DNA from: an uncultured bacterium
GTDB lineage: Bacteria > GCA-001730085
Direction: 5' to 3'
Length of the DNA stretch: 32,000 nucleotides
Assembly: GCA_964565945.1 (NCBI GenBank)
Contig: CAZMGY010000011.1
Span: 1-32,000, forward strand
The translations under genes and the position numbers were made by a program. The notes under the pieces were generated by a model that searched no databases, was not told the DNA's origin, and saw only the letters and a program-made list of their open reading frames with translations. Shown in pieces: positions 16,076 to 23,972 of the stretch (the first letter of the stretch is position 1; the number at the start of each line of letters is the position of its first letter).

Positions 16076-16854
16076 ATAAAATTTTTTATTTGCTCGTAAT
16101 CAATGTGATCGCTGTGCTTGGTTTGTTGTTTTATCTGAACGTTCAGGTGTACTTTAAGGTTAAATCAAATGAAACTCAAATGGGGTTTTCGCAAAAGGTG
16201 GTGCAAGAGGTGCAGCAGTCTAAAATCGTGCTTGAAGAAACCTTAATTAAACACAAAGGGGAAATTACCTTCAAAGAAAAGATGATCGATAAAGAAAAGG
16301 AAAAGTCGATTGAACTTTCGCGCAAACTTTCGGAAAAAGTGAATGAAACCCTTATATTGAAAGATGCGTTGCGTAAGAAAAAGACCATTGAAGAAATGTT
16401 TAACGAAGATCGTATAAAATTTAAAAAGGAGAAAAAAACTTTGCAAGCCGAAGTCGATCAGTTGAAAAAAGATAATAAGGGTCTTAAGGAGCGGATTGAG
16501 CAGCTGAAAAAAGCTCCAGTTTTGACTGGATTGAGCAGTCCGACCCAATTGTCGGGTGTAGGGGCCAGTATGGGGGCATCGGCGTCTAAAAAAACACTAA
16601 AAATCGAAAAACCTAAGCGAGATGCAGGTTTTGTTTTGAGCAAAAATCCCGACTATAACTTTGTGGTAGTTGCTCTGGGCTCCGAAGATGGTATATTTAT
16701 GGGACAGCGTTTGAATGTATTGAGGGAGGGGCAAATTATTGGCAAAGTTAGGGTTGAGAAGATTTTTGACAAAATGAGTTCAGCGGTGATTCTCCAAGAC
16801 ACCTTTCGTGACAAAAAAATCGCGCAGGGTGATAATGTTAGGGTTTTTCGCTAA
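16072..16854 (+). CDS. Membrane-anchored coiled-coil protein with a small C-terminal beta-rich domain (function unknown)
   Basis: I prefer ATG 16072 ([22 protein letters not shown], an N-terminal TM helix), which forms an ATGA overlap with the NYN stop. A long K/E-rich heptad-like stretch follows. C-terminus is FVVVALGSEDGIFMGQRLNVLREGQIIGKVRVEKI...GDNVRVF. Confidence 0.65.
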   Translation: MNKIFYLLVINVIAVLGLLFYLNVQVYFKVKSNETQMGFSQKVVQEVQQSKIVLEETLIKHKGEITFKEKMIDKEKEKSIELSRKLSEKVNETLILKDALRKKKTIEEMFNEDRIKFKKEKKTLQAEVDQLKKDNKGLKERIEQLKKAPVLTGLSSPTQLSGVGASMGASASKKTLKIEKPKRDAGFVLSKNPDYNFVVVALGSEDGIFMGQRLNVLREGQIIGKVRVEKIFDKMSSAVILQDTFRDKKIAQGDNVRVFR

Positions 16855-16856
16855 GT

Positions 16857-16886
16857 TTGACAAACTGAATTATCATATGCTATACA
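16857..16886 (+). promoter_or_regulatory. Candidate promoter (TTGACA-18-TGcTATACA, extended -10)
   Basis: TTGACA at 16857-16862, TG at 16878-16879, TATACA at 16881-16886, ending 34 nt upstream of the ATG at 16920. Confidence 0.4.
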
Positions 16887-16919
16887 CATTCATTATCGTG
16901 AAAATGGGAGAATATTAAG

Positions 16920-18548
16920 ATGCAATTAAAATTATGGACAACCCTATTGTTGGGTATTTTCTTGGTGGTTGAGCCTGTGTGGGCTCAAAGTATGTTTCGT
17001 AAGGTTAAAAGTGTAAGTGACAATAAAGATTTTAAGGCTAAAAAAGTAACTGAAGCAGCCATGGGAATATCTCTGAATGGGGTTAAAGTGGCTCGTGTAC
17101 CTAACAAAGTTTCAGCTATTCAGATTCCTGAAGATATCGGGGTTGTGAAAACCTCCTATCGAGGGGTTGGCGATCGTCTTGTTGTGCATATTCAGGACGC
17201 TCACTGTAACTACGAAGCACAGACCAATATTTATAAAATTATCAAAAATTTGGCCGAAAACAACAATGTTCGCTTGTTGGCGGTGGAAGGCTCGGTAGGT
17301 TTTATTGATGTGACACCTTTTTCGTCGTTTCCCGATCAGAAAATCAAAGAAGAGGTGGCGGATTTTTTTATGAAAAAAGGCCGGATCACGGGACCAGAGT
17401 ATTATGCGATCACTTCGGAGAAGGATATGGAGCTTTTTGGTATCGAAGACAAAGACAAGTATGCGAAAAACTTGGATGCTTTTAAGAAAACCATGCCTTA
17501 TCGTCCCCGTTTTGAGTCGGTTGTGGCCAAGCTTAAAAATATTTTTGAACAGTTGAAGCCCAAAATTTATAATCGGCAGTTAATTTTGATGGATAGTAAG
17601 GAAAAGGCTCATGATGATCAAGAGATAACTTTTAGTAAGTACTGCGATTTTTTGATTGGAATGGCCAAAAAATCCAAGCTCAATCTTAAAGAATACAGTA
17701 ATATGCTGCAGTTTTCCGTGGTTTCTAACTTGGAAGATGAAATTGACTTTGACAAGGTGGACGAAGAACGAAATGCGTTGATCGAAGGGATTCGCAAGCG
17801 TTTATCGAAGCGTTACTTTCACGAATTGGTTCTTAAAACGACCCATTATAAGAACGGAAAACTGACAGCTGGTGAGTATCATGACTACATTATAAAGTTG
17901 GCGCGTGGTCGTAAAGTCGACCTGGACAACTATAAGAACTTAGGCAACTACACCGAATATATGTTGGCCTATGAGGGGATTGATCACGATGAACTTTTGC
18001 GTGAAAAAGAGATTGTGGAAGATGACGTTAAAATGACAATTTTTGAAAACACAGAGCAAAAATTGATGGCTGATTTGGACAAAGTACTCAAAAAAATTGA
18101 TGGCTTTTATCAATTGGAGATGACTCGGGATGACTTGAATTTTTACAAACGTAAAAAAGATCTCTTTTCGTTTGCAAAGTTTTTGTCTTTTATCGGTACC
18201 TATGCACCGCGCTATAATGTTTCGTTTGATTTGCCTTCGAACATTGTGGAGCTAGATCAGTATTATGGCGACTTTATTGATTATTACGCTTGTGCTAAGA
18301 GTCGTGATGAGGTGCTGAATAATAAAACTTTGGTTCGAATGGATGAGATGGGCGAAAAAATTTCTGTTCAGGTTTGCGGGGGTTTTCACACCGATGGCAT
18401 GATGCGTGAATTGAAGGATAAAAAGATTTCTTACGTTGTGTTGGCGCCACGGATTACCAAAGATGATCCTAATAATCCATACTTGGATATTTTATTGGGT
18501 CGGACACAACCTTTCGATGACCTCTTCGAAGAGGAAGAGGTCGCTTAG
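16920..18548 (+). CDS. Secreted 542-aa hypothetical protein with a ChaN/TIKI/erythromycin-esterase-like motif pair
   Basis: Signal peptide MQLKLWTTLLLGIFLVVEPVWAQ. N-terminal LVVHIQDAHCNYEAQ...RLLAVEG and C-terminal VQVCGGFHTDGM blocks are separated by a long K/E/D-rich helical region. RBS GGGAG. Confidence 0.7.
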   Translation: MQLKLWTTLLLGIFLVVEPVWAQSMFRKVKSVSDNKDFKAKKVTEAAMGISLNGVKVARVPNKVSAIQIPEDIGVVKTSYRGVGDRLVVHIQDAHCNYEAQTNIYKIIKNLAENNNVRLLAVEGSVGFIDVTPFSSFPDQKIKEEVADFFMKKGRITGPEYYAITSEKDMELFGIEDKDKYAKNLDAFKKTMPYRPRFESVVAKLKNIFEQLKPKIYNRQLILMDSKEKAHDDQEITFSKYCDFLIGMAKKSKLNLKEYSNMLQFSVVSNLEDEIDFDKVDEERNALIEGIRKRLSKRYFHELVLKTTHYKNGKLTAGEYHDYIIKLARGRKVDLDNYKNLGNYTEYMLAYEGIDHDELLREKEIVEDDVKMTIFENTEQKLMADLDKVLKKIDGFYQLEMTRDDLNFYKRKKDLFSFAKFLSFIGTYAPRYNVSFDLPSNIVELDQYYGDFIDYYACAKSRDEVLNNKTLVRMDEMGEKISVQVCGGFHTDGMMRELKDKKISYVVLAPRITKDDPNNPYLDILLGRTQPFDDLFEEEEVA

Positions 18549-18722
18549 TATAGTAATTTCGCGACCAGGTTTATGTCATCCCGTGGCTTGCTTGTCGTGT
18601 ACCTTACATGGTCTTGTGGATCGCGGGATCGAAAACCACTTAAATAAAGCTCGACAGTATTTTTGAAAATTTACATATCTCTGATCACTGTTTTTCACCC
18701 AAGGGTTATTCTTTAGAATGGA

Positions 18723-18929
18723 GTGAGGGGTTCTTTTTATTTAATGCTTCACGTGACTCTTCAGGGGGAGGTGTCTTATGTGAGTTTTGAAACCAATAAA
18801 AAAGAAAAAGAAGATCTGTCTAGGATATTGCAGAATGTTCACTTGATTTCTCAAGGATACACAATTGATGTAATTCAATTAAGAAGGGAAAAGCGCCTTA
18901 CTATTGAAAATTATCGGAAGCGTTTTTGA
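18723..18929 (+). CDS. Doubtful small ORF (68 aa from the track start; 49 aa if it starts at GTG 18780)
   Basis: This is the only ORF in a 640-nt gap. GGGGGAGG at 18764-18771 lies 8 nt before the in-frame GTG at 18780. I recognise no motif. Confidence 0.2.
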   Translation: MRGSFYLMLHVTLQGEVSYVSFETNKKEKEDLSRILQNVHLISQGYTIDVIQLRREKRLTIENYRKRF

Positions 18930-19188
18930 CAAATTTTACTTGTACAAATATGCCAATTTAGTTTATCCTAGGGAGGGGAATGTGTGGTTCTTCGCAATGG
19001 GGTCAAAGTAGCACGATCCATTGAATTCCGATACTCTTGATCGCGTTACTATAGAAAGCATTTGAAACGAATAATTATAATCTAACGATTCATAGAGAGA
19101 TTTTTATTTTGCTTGCGTTTCTTGAACGCCGCTTAAACGATGTGATTTTAAATACAACGATGACTGGATGAGTAGTAAGGAGTGAAGT

Positions 19189-19662
19189 ATGGAAAAGGTC
19201 TATTTGTCGCGCAAAGGGTACCAAAATTTTAAAGAAGAACTTGAGCACTTAAAGGCAGAGGTGCGACCAGGGCTATCCAAAAAAATTGAGGAAGCCCGCA
19301 TGCATGGTGATCTTAAAGAAAATGCGGAGTATCATGCTGCTCGTGAAGAACAAGGTTTGACCGAAGCCCGTATTAATGAAATTCAAGATAAAATGGCTCG
19401 TACTCAAATCATTGATGACCAAGACATTGCTTCGGATGCCATTTATGTGGGGGCTACGGTCACTCTCTATGATCAAGATATAGACACCGAAATTGTTTAC
19501 ACCTTAGTGTCGGAAGATGAAGCTGATTTTGCTGAGGGTAAAATTTCGATCAGTTCTCCTGTGGGCAAAGCCCTATTGGGTTATAAAGTGGATGAATTGG
19601 TCGAAATAAAGGTTCCAGCGCGAACCATTGTGTACAAAGTGGTTAAGATTGAACGTCTATAG
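19189..19662 (+). CDS. greA: Transcription elongation factor GreA
   Basis: MEKVYLSRKGYQNFKEELEHLK...ARMHGDLKENAEYHAAREEQ (the conserved acidic-tip coiled coil) and the C-terminal ISISSPVGKALLG block. RBS AAGGAG. Confidence 0.95.
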   Translation: MEKVYLSRKGYQNFKEELEHLKAEVRPGLSKKIEEARMHGDLKENAEYHAAREEQGLTEARINEIQDKMARTQIIDDQDIASDAIYVGATVTLYDQDIDTEIVYTLVSEDEADFAEGKISISSPVGKALLGYKVDELVEIKVPARTIVYKVVKIERL

Positions 19663-20536
19663 ATATCTTCGTTGGGGGCTTGTTGTGATGCTTATTGGGG
19701 GTCAGATGCTAAAGGCTCAAACGTCCGATGTTTATCTTCAACAAGCCGAGAAGGTGACAGCTCCTTTGCAACGATTGGATTGGTTAACAGCGGCCATTGA
19801 GGAAAATCGAGATCCTCATTGGCCGTTTTTGCATATGGCTTATTACCAACGTGGGTTGGCTTACCGCGATATGGGCTTTTGGGAGGAAGCTGCGGAAGAT
19901 TTTGGGCGTAGTTTGGTTTACTTTAAAGGCTATATTCCAGCCTACTATGAACGAGCGGCCGTTTTAGCCAAGTTGGAACGCTGGTCAGAGGTTTTGGAGG
20001 AGCTCAGTTTGGTAGAGCAAGTGGAGGTGAATGCGTTTACGCATTATGCACAGCGCGGAGAAGCATATTATGCTTATGGTGACTACAAAAGTGCTTTGAA
20101 TAACTTTTACTGGGCGATTCGGATTGGGCAGTTTTCTTTAACCATTTTTGAAAAAATGGTTTTGGCGCATATTCGTGGTCATGAATATGAAAAGGCACTT
20201 CAAGTTCTGAAAGATTGGAAGTCCGAAATCGATCGGGATGATTTATACTATTTCCTAAAAGGGTTGATTTATTTTTTAATGCAGAAGGCTCGGGAGTGGG
20301 AGGTTTATAAAGATAAGTTGACCCTCTATACTGCTAAGAGCGATGCGCTTTATGTTGATTTGGGAGAGCGGGCTGAGACAGCTTTTGTACGAGCTGACCA
20401 GTTGGGTTTTAATGAACGTAGTAGTGGCGAATGGAAAGAGATTCCTCGGGTACGCGAACATTTGAATGATTTCTTGAGGTTTTATTTGAAATCGAGTAAG
20501 TTGAAATCTATGAAGTCAGGAACAGGAGTTAACTAA
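19628..20536 (+). CDS. TPR-repeat protein; start uncertain
   Basis: TPR-like A/Y/W-rich repeats (YYQRGLAYRDMGFWEEAAEDF, YYERAAVLAKLERWSEVLEEL, YAQRGEAYYAYGDYKSALNNF). The track start TTG 19628 overlaps the greA end. In-frame alternatives are TTG 19649 and ATG 19688. LRWGLVVMLIGGQMLKA looks signal-like. Confidence 0.65.
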   Translation: MCTKWLRLNVYRYLRWGLVVMLIGGQMLKAQTSDVYLQQAEKVTAPLQRLDWLTAAIEENRDPHWPFLHMAYYQRGLAYRDMGFWEEAAEDFGRSLVYFKGYIPAYYERAAVLAKLERWSEVLEELSLVEQVEVNAFTHYAQRGEAYYAYGDYKSALNNFYWAIRIGQFSLTIFEKMVLAHIRGHEYEKALQVLKDWKSEIDRDDLYYFLKGLIYFLMQKAREWEVYKDKLTLYTAKSDALYVDLGERAETAFVRADQLGFNERSSGEWKEIPRVREHLNDFLRFYLKSSKLKSMKSGTGVN

Positions 20537-20539
20537 ACG

Positions 20540-21589
20540 ATGGATCATAAAAAAAATAAGTACAGCACTGGCTTGGAGTGGCACGATAATAAAATTAAGG
20601 AGTTGGCCGATTTATGTTCAACTTTTGAACACCAGCCCTATATCAAAGAAATTTTGACTACTGTGGTTAAAATGGGTTTAGAGAAAACGGACAATATCGA
20701 CCTTAAACTTGTGAACACTGCGCTTAAAGACATGTGCTATAGTTTTTTGAAATTATCGGCATATCGGAGTATCCGCAAAGTGATTGTTTTTGGTTCGGCA
20801 CGCACGCTCGAAGATGATCCTGTCTATATTATGGCGCAAAAATTTTCGAAACGAATTGTCGACGAGGACTATATGGTGATCACTGGTGCGGGGCCTGGTG
20901 TTATGGAAGCGGGAAACCGCGGAGCTGGGCGCGCCAAAAGTTTTGGTGTTAATATCAATTTGCCCTTTGAGCAAGAAGCTAATCCTTACATCGACAACGA
21001 TCATAAATTGATCAACTTTAATTATTTCTTTACGCGTAAGTTGATTTTTATCAAAGAGTCTTGCGCAACAGCTATTTTTCCTGGTGGGTTTGGAACACTT
21101 GATGAAGCTTTTGAAAATATGACTTTGTTTCAAACGGGCAAAAGTGTGCCGCGACCGATTCTTTTGATGGAGCCAGAAGGGGGGACGTATTGGACCAAAT
21201 GGCAAGAATTCATGTGTGAAACCTTGTTAAAACCAGGCTATATCAGTGAGACAGATTTAGAGTTGTTTCAGATTTGCTATTCGATTGAAGATGCGGTTGA
21301 GGTGATCACTAAGTTCTACTCGGTGTACCACTCGATTCGCAACATTGACCCGTTCACGGTTATACGCCTGAATCGACCGATTTCTCAAAACCCATTGGAT
21401 CAAATTCGCGAGGAATTCAAAAAACTTTTCGTCGATGGAGAGCTTGTGCAACAAGATGCTTTGCCCGAGGAGGTTGAGCGCAATGAGTTTCCTGAATTGC
21501 CGCGTTTGGTGTTTCGCTTTGAACATCGAGACTATGGTTTATTGAAACGGATGCTTGATCGGCTTAACCATGACGATAAATTGTATTAA
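20540..21589 (+). CDS. LOG-family (TIGR00730-type) nucleotide 5'-monophosphate nucleosidase-like protein with N- and C-terminal extensions (PpnN-like architecture)
   Basis: LOG signature blocks VITGAGPGVMEAGNRGA and FPGGFGTLDEAFE. It starts 3 nt after the TPR gene stop. Confidence 0.8.
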   Translation: MDHKKNKYSTGLEWHDNKIKELADLCSTFEHQPYIKEILTTVVKMGLEKTDNIDLKLVNTALKDMCYSFLKLSAYRSIRKVIVFGSARTLEDDPVYIMAQKFSKRIVDEDYMVITGAGPGVMEAGNRGAGRAKSFGVNINLPFEQEANPYIDNDHKLINFNYFFTRKLIFIKESCATAIFPGGFGTLDEAFENMTLFQTGKSVPRPILLMEPEGGTYWTKWQEFMCETLLKPGYISETDLELFQICYSIEDAVEVITKFYSVYHSIRNIDPFTVIRLNRPISQNPLDQIREEFKKLFVDGELVQQDALPEEVERNEFPELPRLVFRFEHRDYGLLKRMLDRLNHDDKLY

Positions 21590-21662
21590 TATATAGCAAT
21601 AGTGTCCAGAAAAGGATGCCATAGCTTGCTACGTTTTATTTAAAGCCAAAGATTAATATTTG

Positions 21663-21691
21663 TTGAGTTAAATCTTAATTTATGCTAAAAT
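21663..21691 (+). promoter_or_regulatory. Candidate promoter (TTGAGT-17-TGcTAAAAT, extended -10)
   Basis: TTGAGT at 21663-21668, TG at 21683-21684, TAAAAT at 21686-21691, ending 60 nt upstream of the ATG at 21751. Confidence 0.5.
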
Positions 21692-21750
21692 AAGGGGGTA
21701 CTTAGAGTTGTGTCGTAGTAAACTACTGAAGCGTGGAGGGTTAGCTTGTT

Positions 21751-22227
21751 ATGAAGAAGTTATTTTTAGCGTCGGTATTGGCTGTCTTGTCCCCATCATT
21801 GTGGGCTGTTAGTTTAGAACAATCTGCTTCGACTATGCAAGAAGCGCTTAGACATCAATCGGACTACGCATATCATCAAGCCGATGTTGTCGTTGAACCC
21901 GAAGTGCAAGAAGATGTCCTTGTTGTGCTTAATCCTATTGCTCAACGTTTGGCTTTTTTCACCAATCACAGTCATTTAGTGTCTCATCAAGCCAGCAATT
22001 ATTTTCGACAACGCTACGAAGGTTATACGGTGACTCCAGAGACCGATTGGTCTTTGCGATCGCTTCCTTCTTTGTATACTTTTGAGGCTTATGGCTTGGA
22101 AAACTTCTTACCCGTTTTGTCTCCTTGGTCTTTTTCTTGGGTAGATGTGGATATGTCTCGTGACTATATTCATTTGAATCTAAGAAATAGCTATCAGATC
22201 CAACGCGCTGTTTTGAAATTTTCTTAA
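21751..22227 (+). CDS. Small secreted hypothetical protein (158 aa)
   Basis: Signal peptide MKKLFLASVLAVLSPSLWAV. RBS GGAGGG. I recognise no motif. Confidence 0.6.
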   Translation: MKKLFLASVLAVLSPSLWAVSLEQSASTMQEALRHQSDYAYHQADVVVEPEVQEDVLVVLNPIAQRLAFFTNHSHLVSHQASNYFRQRYEGYTVTPETDWSLRSLPSLYTFEAYGLENFLPVLSPWSFSWVDVDMSRDYIHLNLRNSYQIQRAVLKFS

Positions 22228-22277
22228 ACGGTTCGTTCTCCAAACTCTTGGGAAAACTTTATTCTTGACGGTAGCTG

Positions 22278-22286
22278 TGCTACAAT
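22278..22286 (+). promoter_or_regulatory. Candidate extended -10 element TGcTACAAT
   Basis: TG at 22278-22279 and TACAAT at 22281-22286. There is no good -35 at 17 nt. It ends 88 nt upstream of the ATG at 22374. Confidence 0.4.
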
Positions 22287-22373
22287 CAGTATCTCTTCAC
22301 ACATTCTTATGTTTGTATGTTTGTGGCTATTTGATGGGTGTTAAATTTTGCCAGAGGGGGGGTAGGAGGGGGG

Positions 22374-22838
22374 ATGAAGAAACGTTTTTTTGTTTGGGCA
22401 GGGATGCTGGGGTCCATGCTTTTAAGTGGCTGTTTAACGATGCAGCCCACAAATCGGAGAAGCACTGACGAACAGTATATGTCGAATCTTTATGGGAAAA
22501 AGGCTCGTGAAGAAGCCTCTGAAATGTCGATGAATCTTAAGTTTGAAGACATTCCGATTCCAGCTGGTTTTGACTTGGATTATAAAGAGTCCTTTGTGTT
22601 TAGCAACGGTGTTTCTCAGGTGGGTATTTTGCGCTACATTGGGCGCGCCGATTTGACGTCGTTGACGACCTTTTTTAAAAGTCAGATGCCCATGTACAAT
22701 TGGGAAATGATCGTTATAGTGGAGTATAAGCGCGTGATTCTTAATTTTGAAAAAGAAACACAGACGTGTACAATTATTTTAGAGCCCTTGGGAGGTCGTG
22801 TAATTATAACGATTGCGTCGGGTCCGATTGGCCAATAA
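22374..22838 (+). CDS. Lipoprotein, function unknown
   Basis: I prefer ATG 22374: strong RBS TAGGAGGGG, then MKKRFFVWAGMLGSMLLSGC with the lipobox LLSGC. Confidence 0.75.
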   Translation: MKKRFFVWAGMLGSMLLSGCLTMQPTNRRSTDEQYMSNLYGKKAREEASEMSMNLKFEDIPIPAGFDLDYKESFVFSNGVSQVGILRYIGRADLTSLTTFFKSQMPMYNWEMIVIVEYKRVILNFEKETQTCTIILEPLGGRVIITIASGPIGQ

Positions 22839-22862
22839 TAGCAGAAAATTTAAGGAGATAGT

Positions 22863-23537
22863 ATGTCGAAGCCGAAACATCACATGACACGTCATGAATT
22901 GAAAGAAGACCAAGTCCTGGGAGCTATGGAAGGCTTTTGGTCTTATGTTGGTTTGCACAAAGAAAAGCTGATTATAGCTTTTGTTATGATCGTTGTGAGT
23001 GCAGGAATCTATGTGTCGCTTGAAAAAGTGCAGCAACGTCGTCGAGAAGATGTTTTTCTTTCTTTGCATCAAGCCAAAAAGGACTTGAAGGGCACTCATA
23101 AAGATAAAGCTATGGTGCAGCTGAAGAATATTGTGGATAAGTATCCGAAATCGGTTGAAGCCTTGGAAGCCCTACTGTTGTTGGGGGAAGAGTATTACAA
23201 CCTGGGCAAGTATCAGATGTGTGTTGATTTGACCAAGCATATGCTTAAAAAGAAAGGGGCTTCTAGCAAGATAGGGCAACAATTGCTGTTGATTCAAGCT
23301 TTGAGCTTTGAGCAAATGGGCGAATTTCAGTATGCGGCGAAGACTTATGTTCGTCTGATAGATCAAGATCCGCGCACTTACATTGTTCCCGAAGCCAAAT
23401 TGTCATTGGCACGCTGTTATCGACAATTGTCGCGTGATGATGAAGCCAAAGAGTTGTATCAGTCGGTAATATTGGATTATCCCGAATCAAATTGGGCTCA
23501 AAAGGCGGCTTCGCTCGTTGCCTTAATGAAGTCTTAA
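22863..23537 (+). CDS. Membrane-anchored TPR protein (YfgM/YbgF-like architecture)
   Basis: Charged N-terminus, a single TM helix (LIIAFVMIVVSAGIYVSL), then TPR-like repeats. C-terminus is YPESNWAQKAASL. RBS AAGGAG. Confidence 0.7.
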   Translation: MSKPKHHMTRHELKEDQVLGAMEGFWSYVGLHKEKLIIAFVMIVVSAGIYVSLEKVQQRRREDVFLSLHQAKKDLKGTHKDKAMVQLKNIVDKYPKSVEALEALLLLGEEYYNLGKYQMCVDLTKHMLKKKGASSKIGQQLLLIQALSFEQMGEFQYAAKTYVRLIDQDPRTYIVPEAKLSLARCYRQLSRDDEAKELYQSVILDYPESNWAQKAASLVALMKS

Positions 23538-23561
23538 ATCGTCTTAAGGGAGAATCCCTAC

Positions 23562-23966
23562 GTGGTTTTTTTAGAACAAAATGTTAGAGTATATGAGCGT
23601 TTTTCACGGGCAAGTTATTTATTTTATTCGATCCATCGGGTCGGTAAAAATAAGCCGGTAATTTCTTTTGAGCGTAGTATTTTTAGAAGCATCAGCGCAG
23701 GAGGTCTTTTTTTTGAGACATTTTCTCTTAAGGAGTCCATCTTGAAGCGATTATCGCGAGGGGAATATCAATTTTTATTGCAAGTGGAGTTATCAGAAAT
23801 GACCCAGCCACTGACCTTATGGTCGAGGGTGTGCTGGTGCAAGGGAGCCTCGGATTATTTAGAAAGTCATAAGAATGGGTTTGGTGTTGAATTTATCGAT
23901 ATTGCACAAACTCAACGTGAACGCTTGCAGGATTTTGTGGCTGGGCAAATACTCAAGATGGTGTAA
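23562..23966 (+). CDS. PilZ-domain protein (variant c-di-GMP motif)
   Basis: RxxxR (RVYER) followed by SISAGGLFF, which resembles the D/NxSxxG block but has Ser in the first position. GTG start at 23562, with AAGGGAG 9 nt upstream. Confidence 0.6.
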   Translation: MVFLEQNVRVYERFSRASYLFYSIHRVGKNKPVISFERSIFRSISAGGLFFETFSLKESILKRLSRGEYQFLLQVELSEMTQPLTLWSRVCWCKGASDYLESHKNGFGVEFIDIAQTQRERLQDFVAGQILKMV

Positions 23967-23972
23967 ACAACA

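Noticed and set aside
18436-18666. Track ORF 18436-18666(+)
   Set aside because: It starts inside the 3' end of the 542-aa gene in another frame. It has no RBS, and its translation is Cys/His/Leu-rich, as expected of off-frame reading.
22265-22373. ORF 22265-22468(+) and the upstream start 22338 for the lipoprotein gene
   Set aside because: ATG 22374 is preceded by a strong TAGGAGGGG RBS and yields a textbook lipoprotein signal (MKKRFF…LLSGC). The upstream alternatives add G-rich sequence that overlaps the RBS itself.
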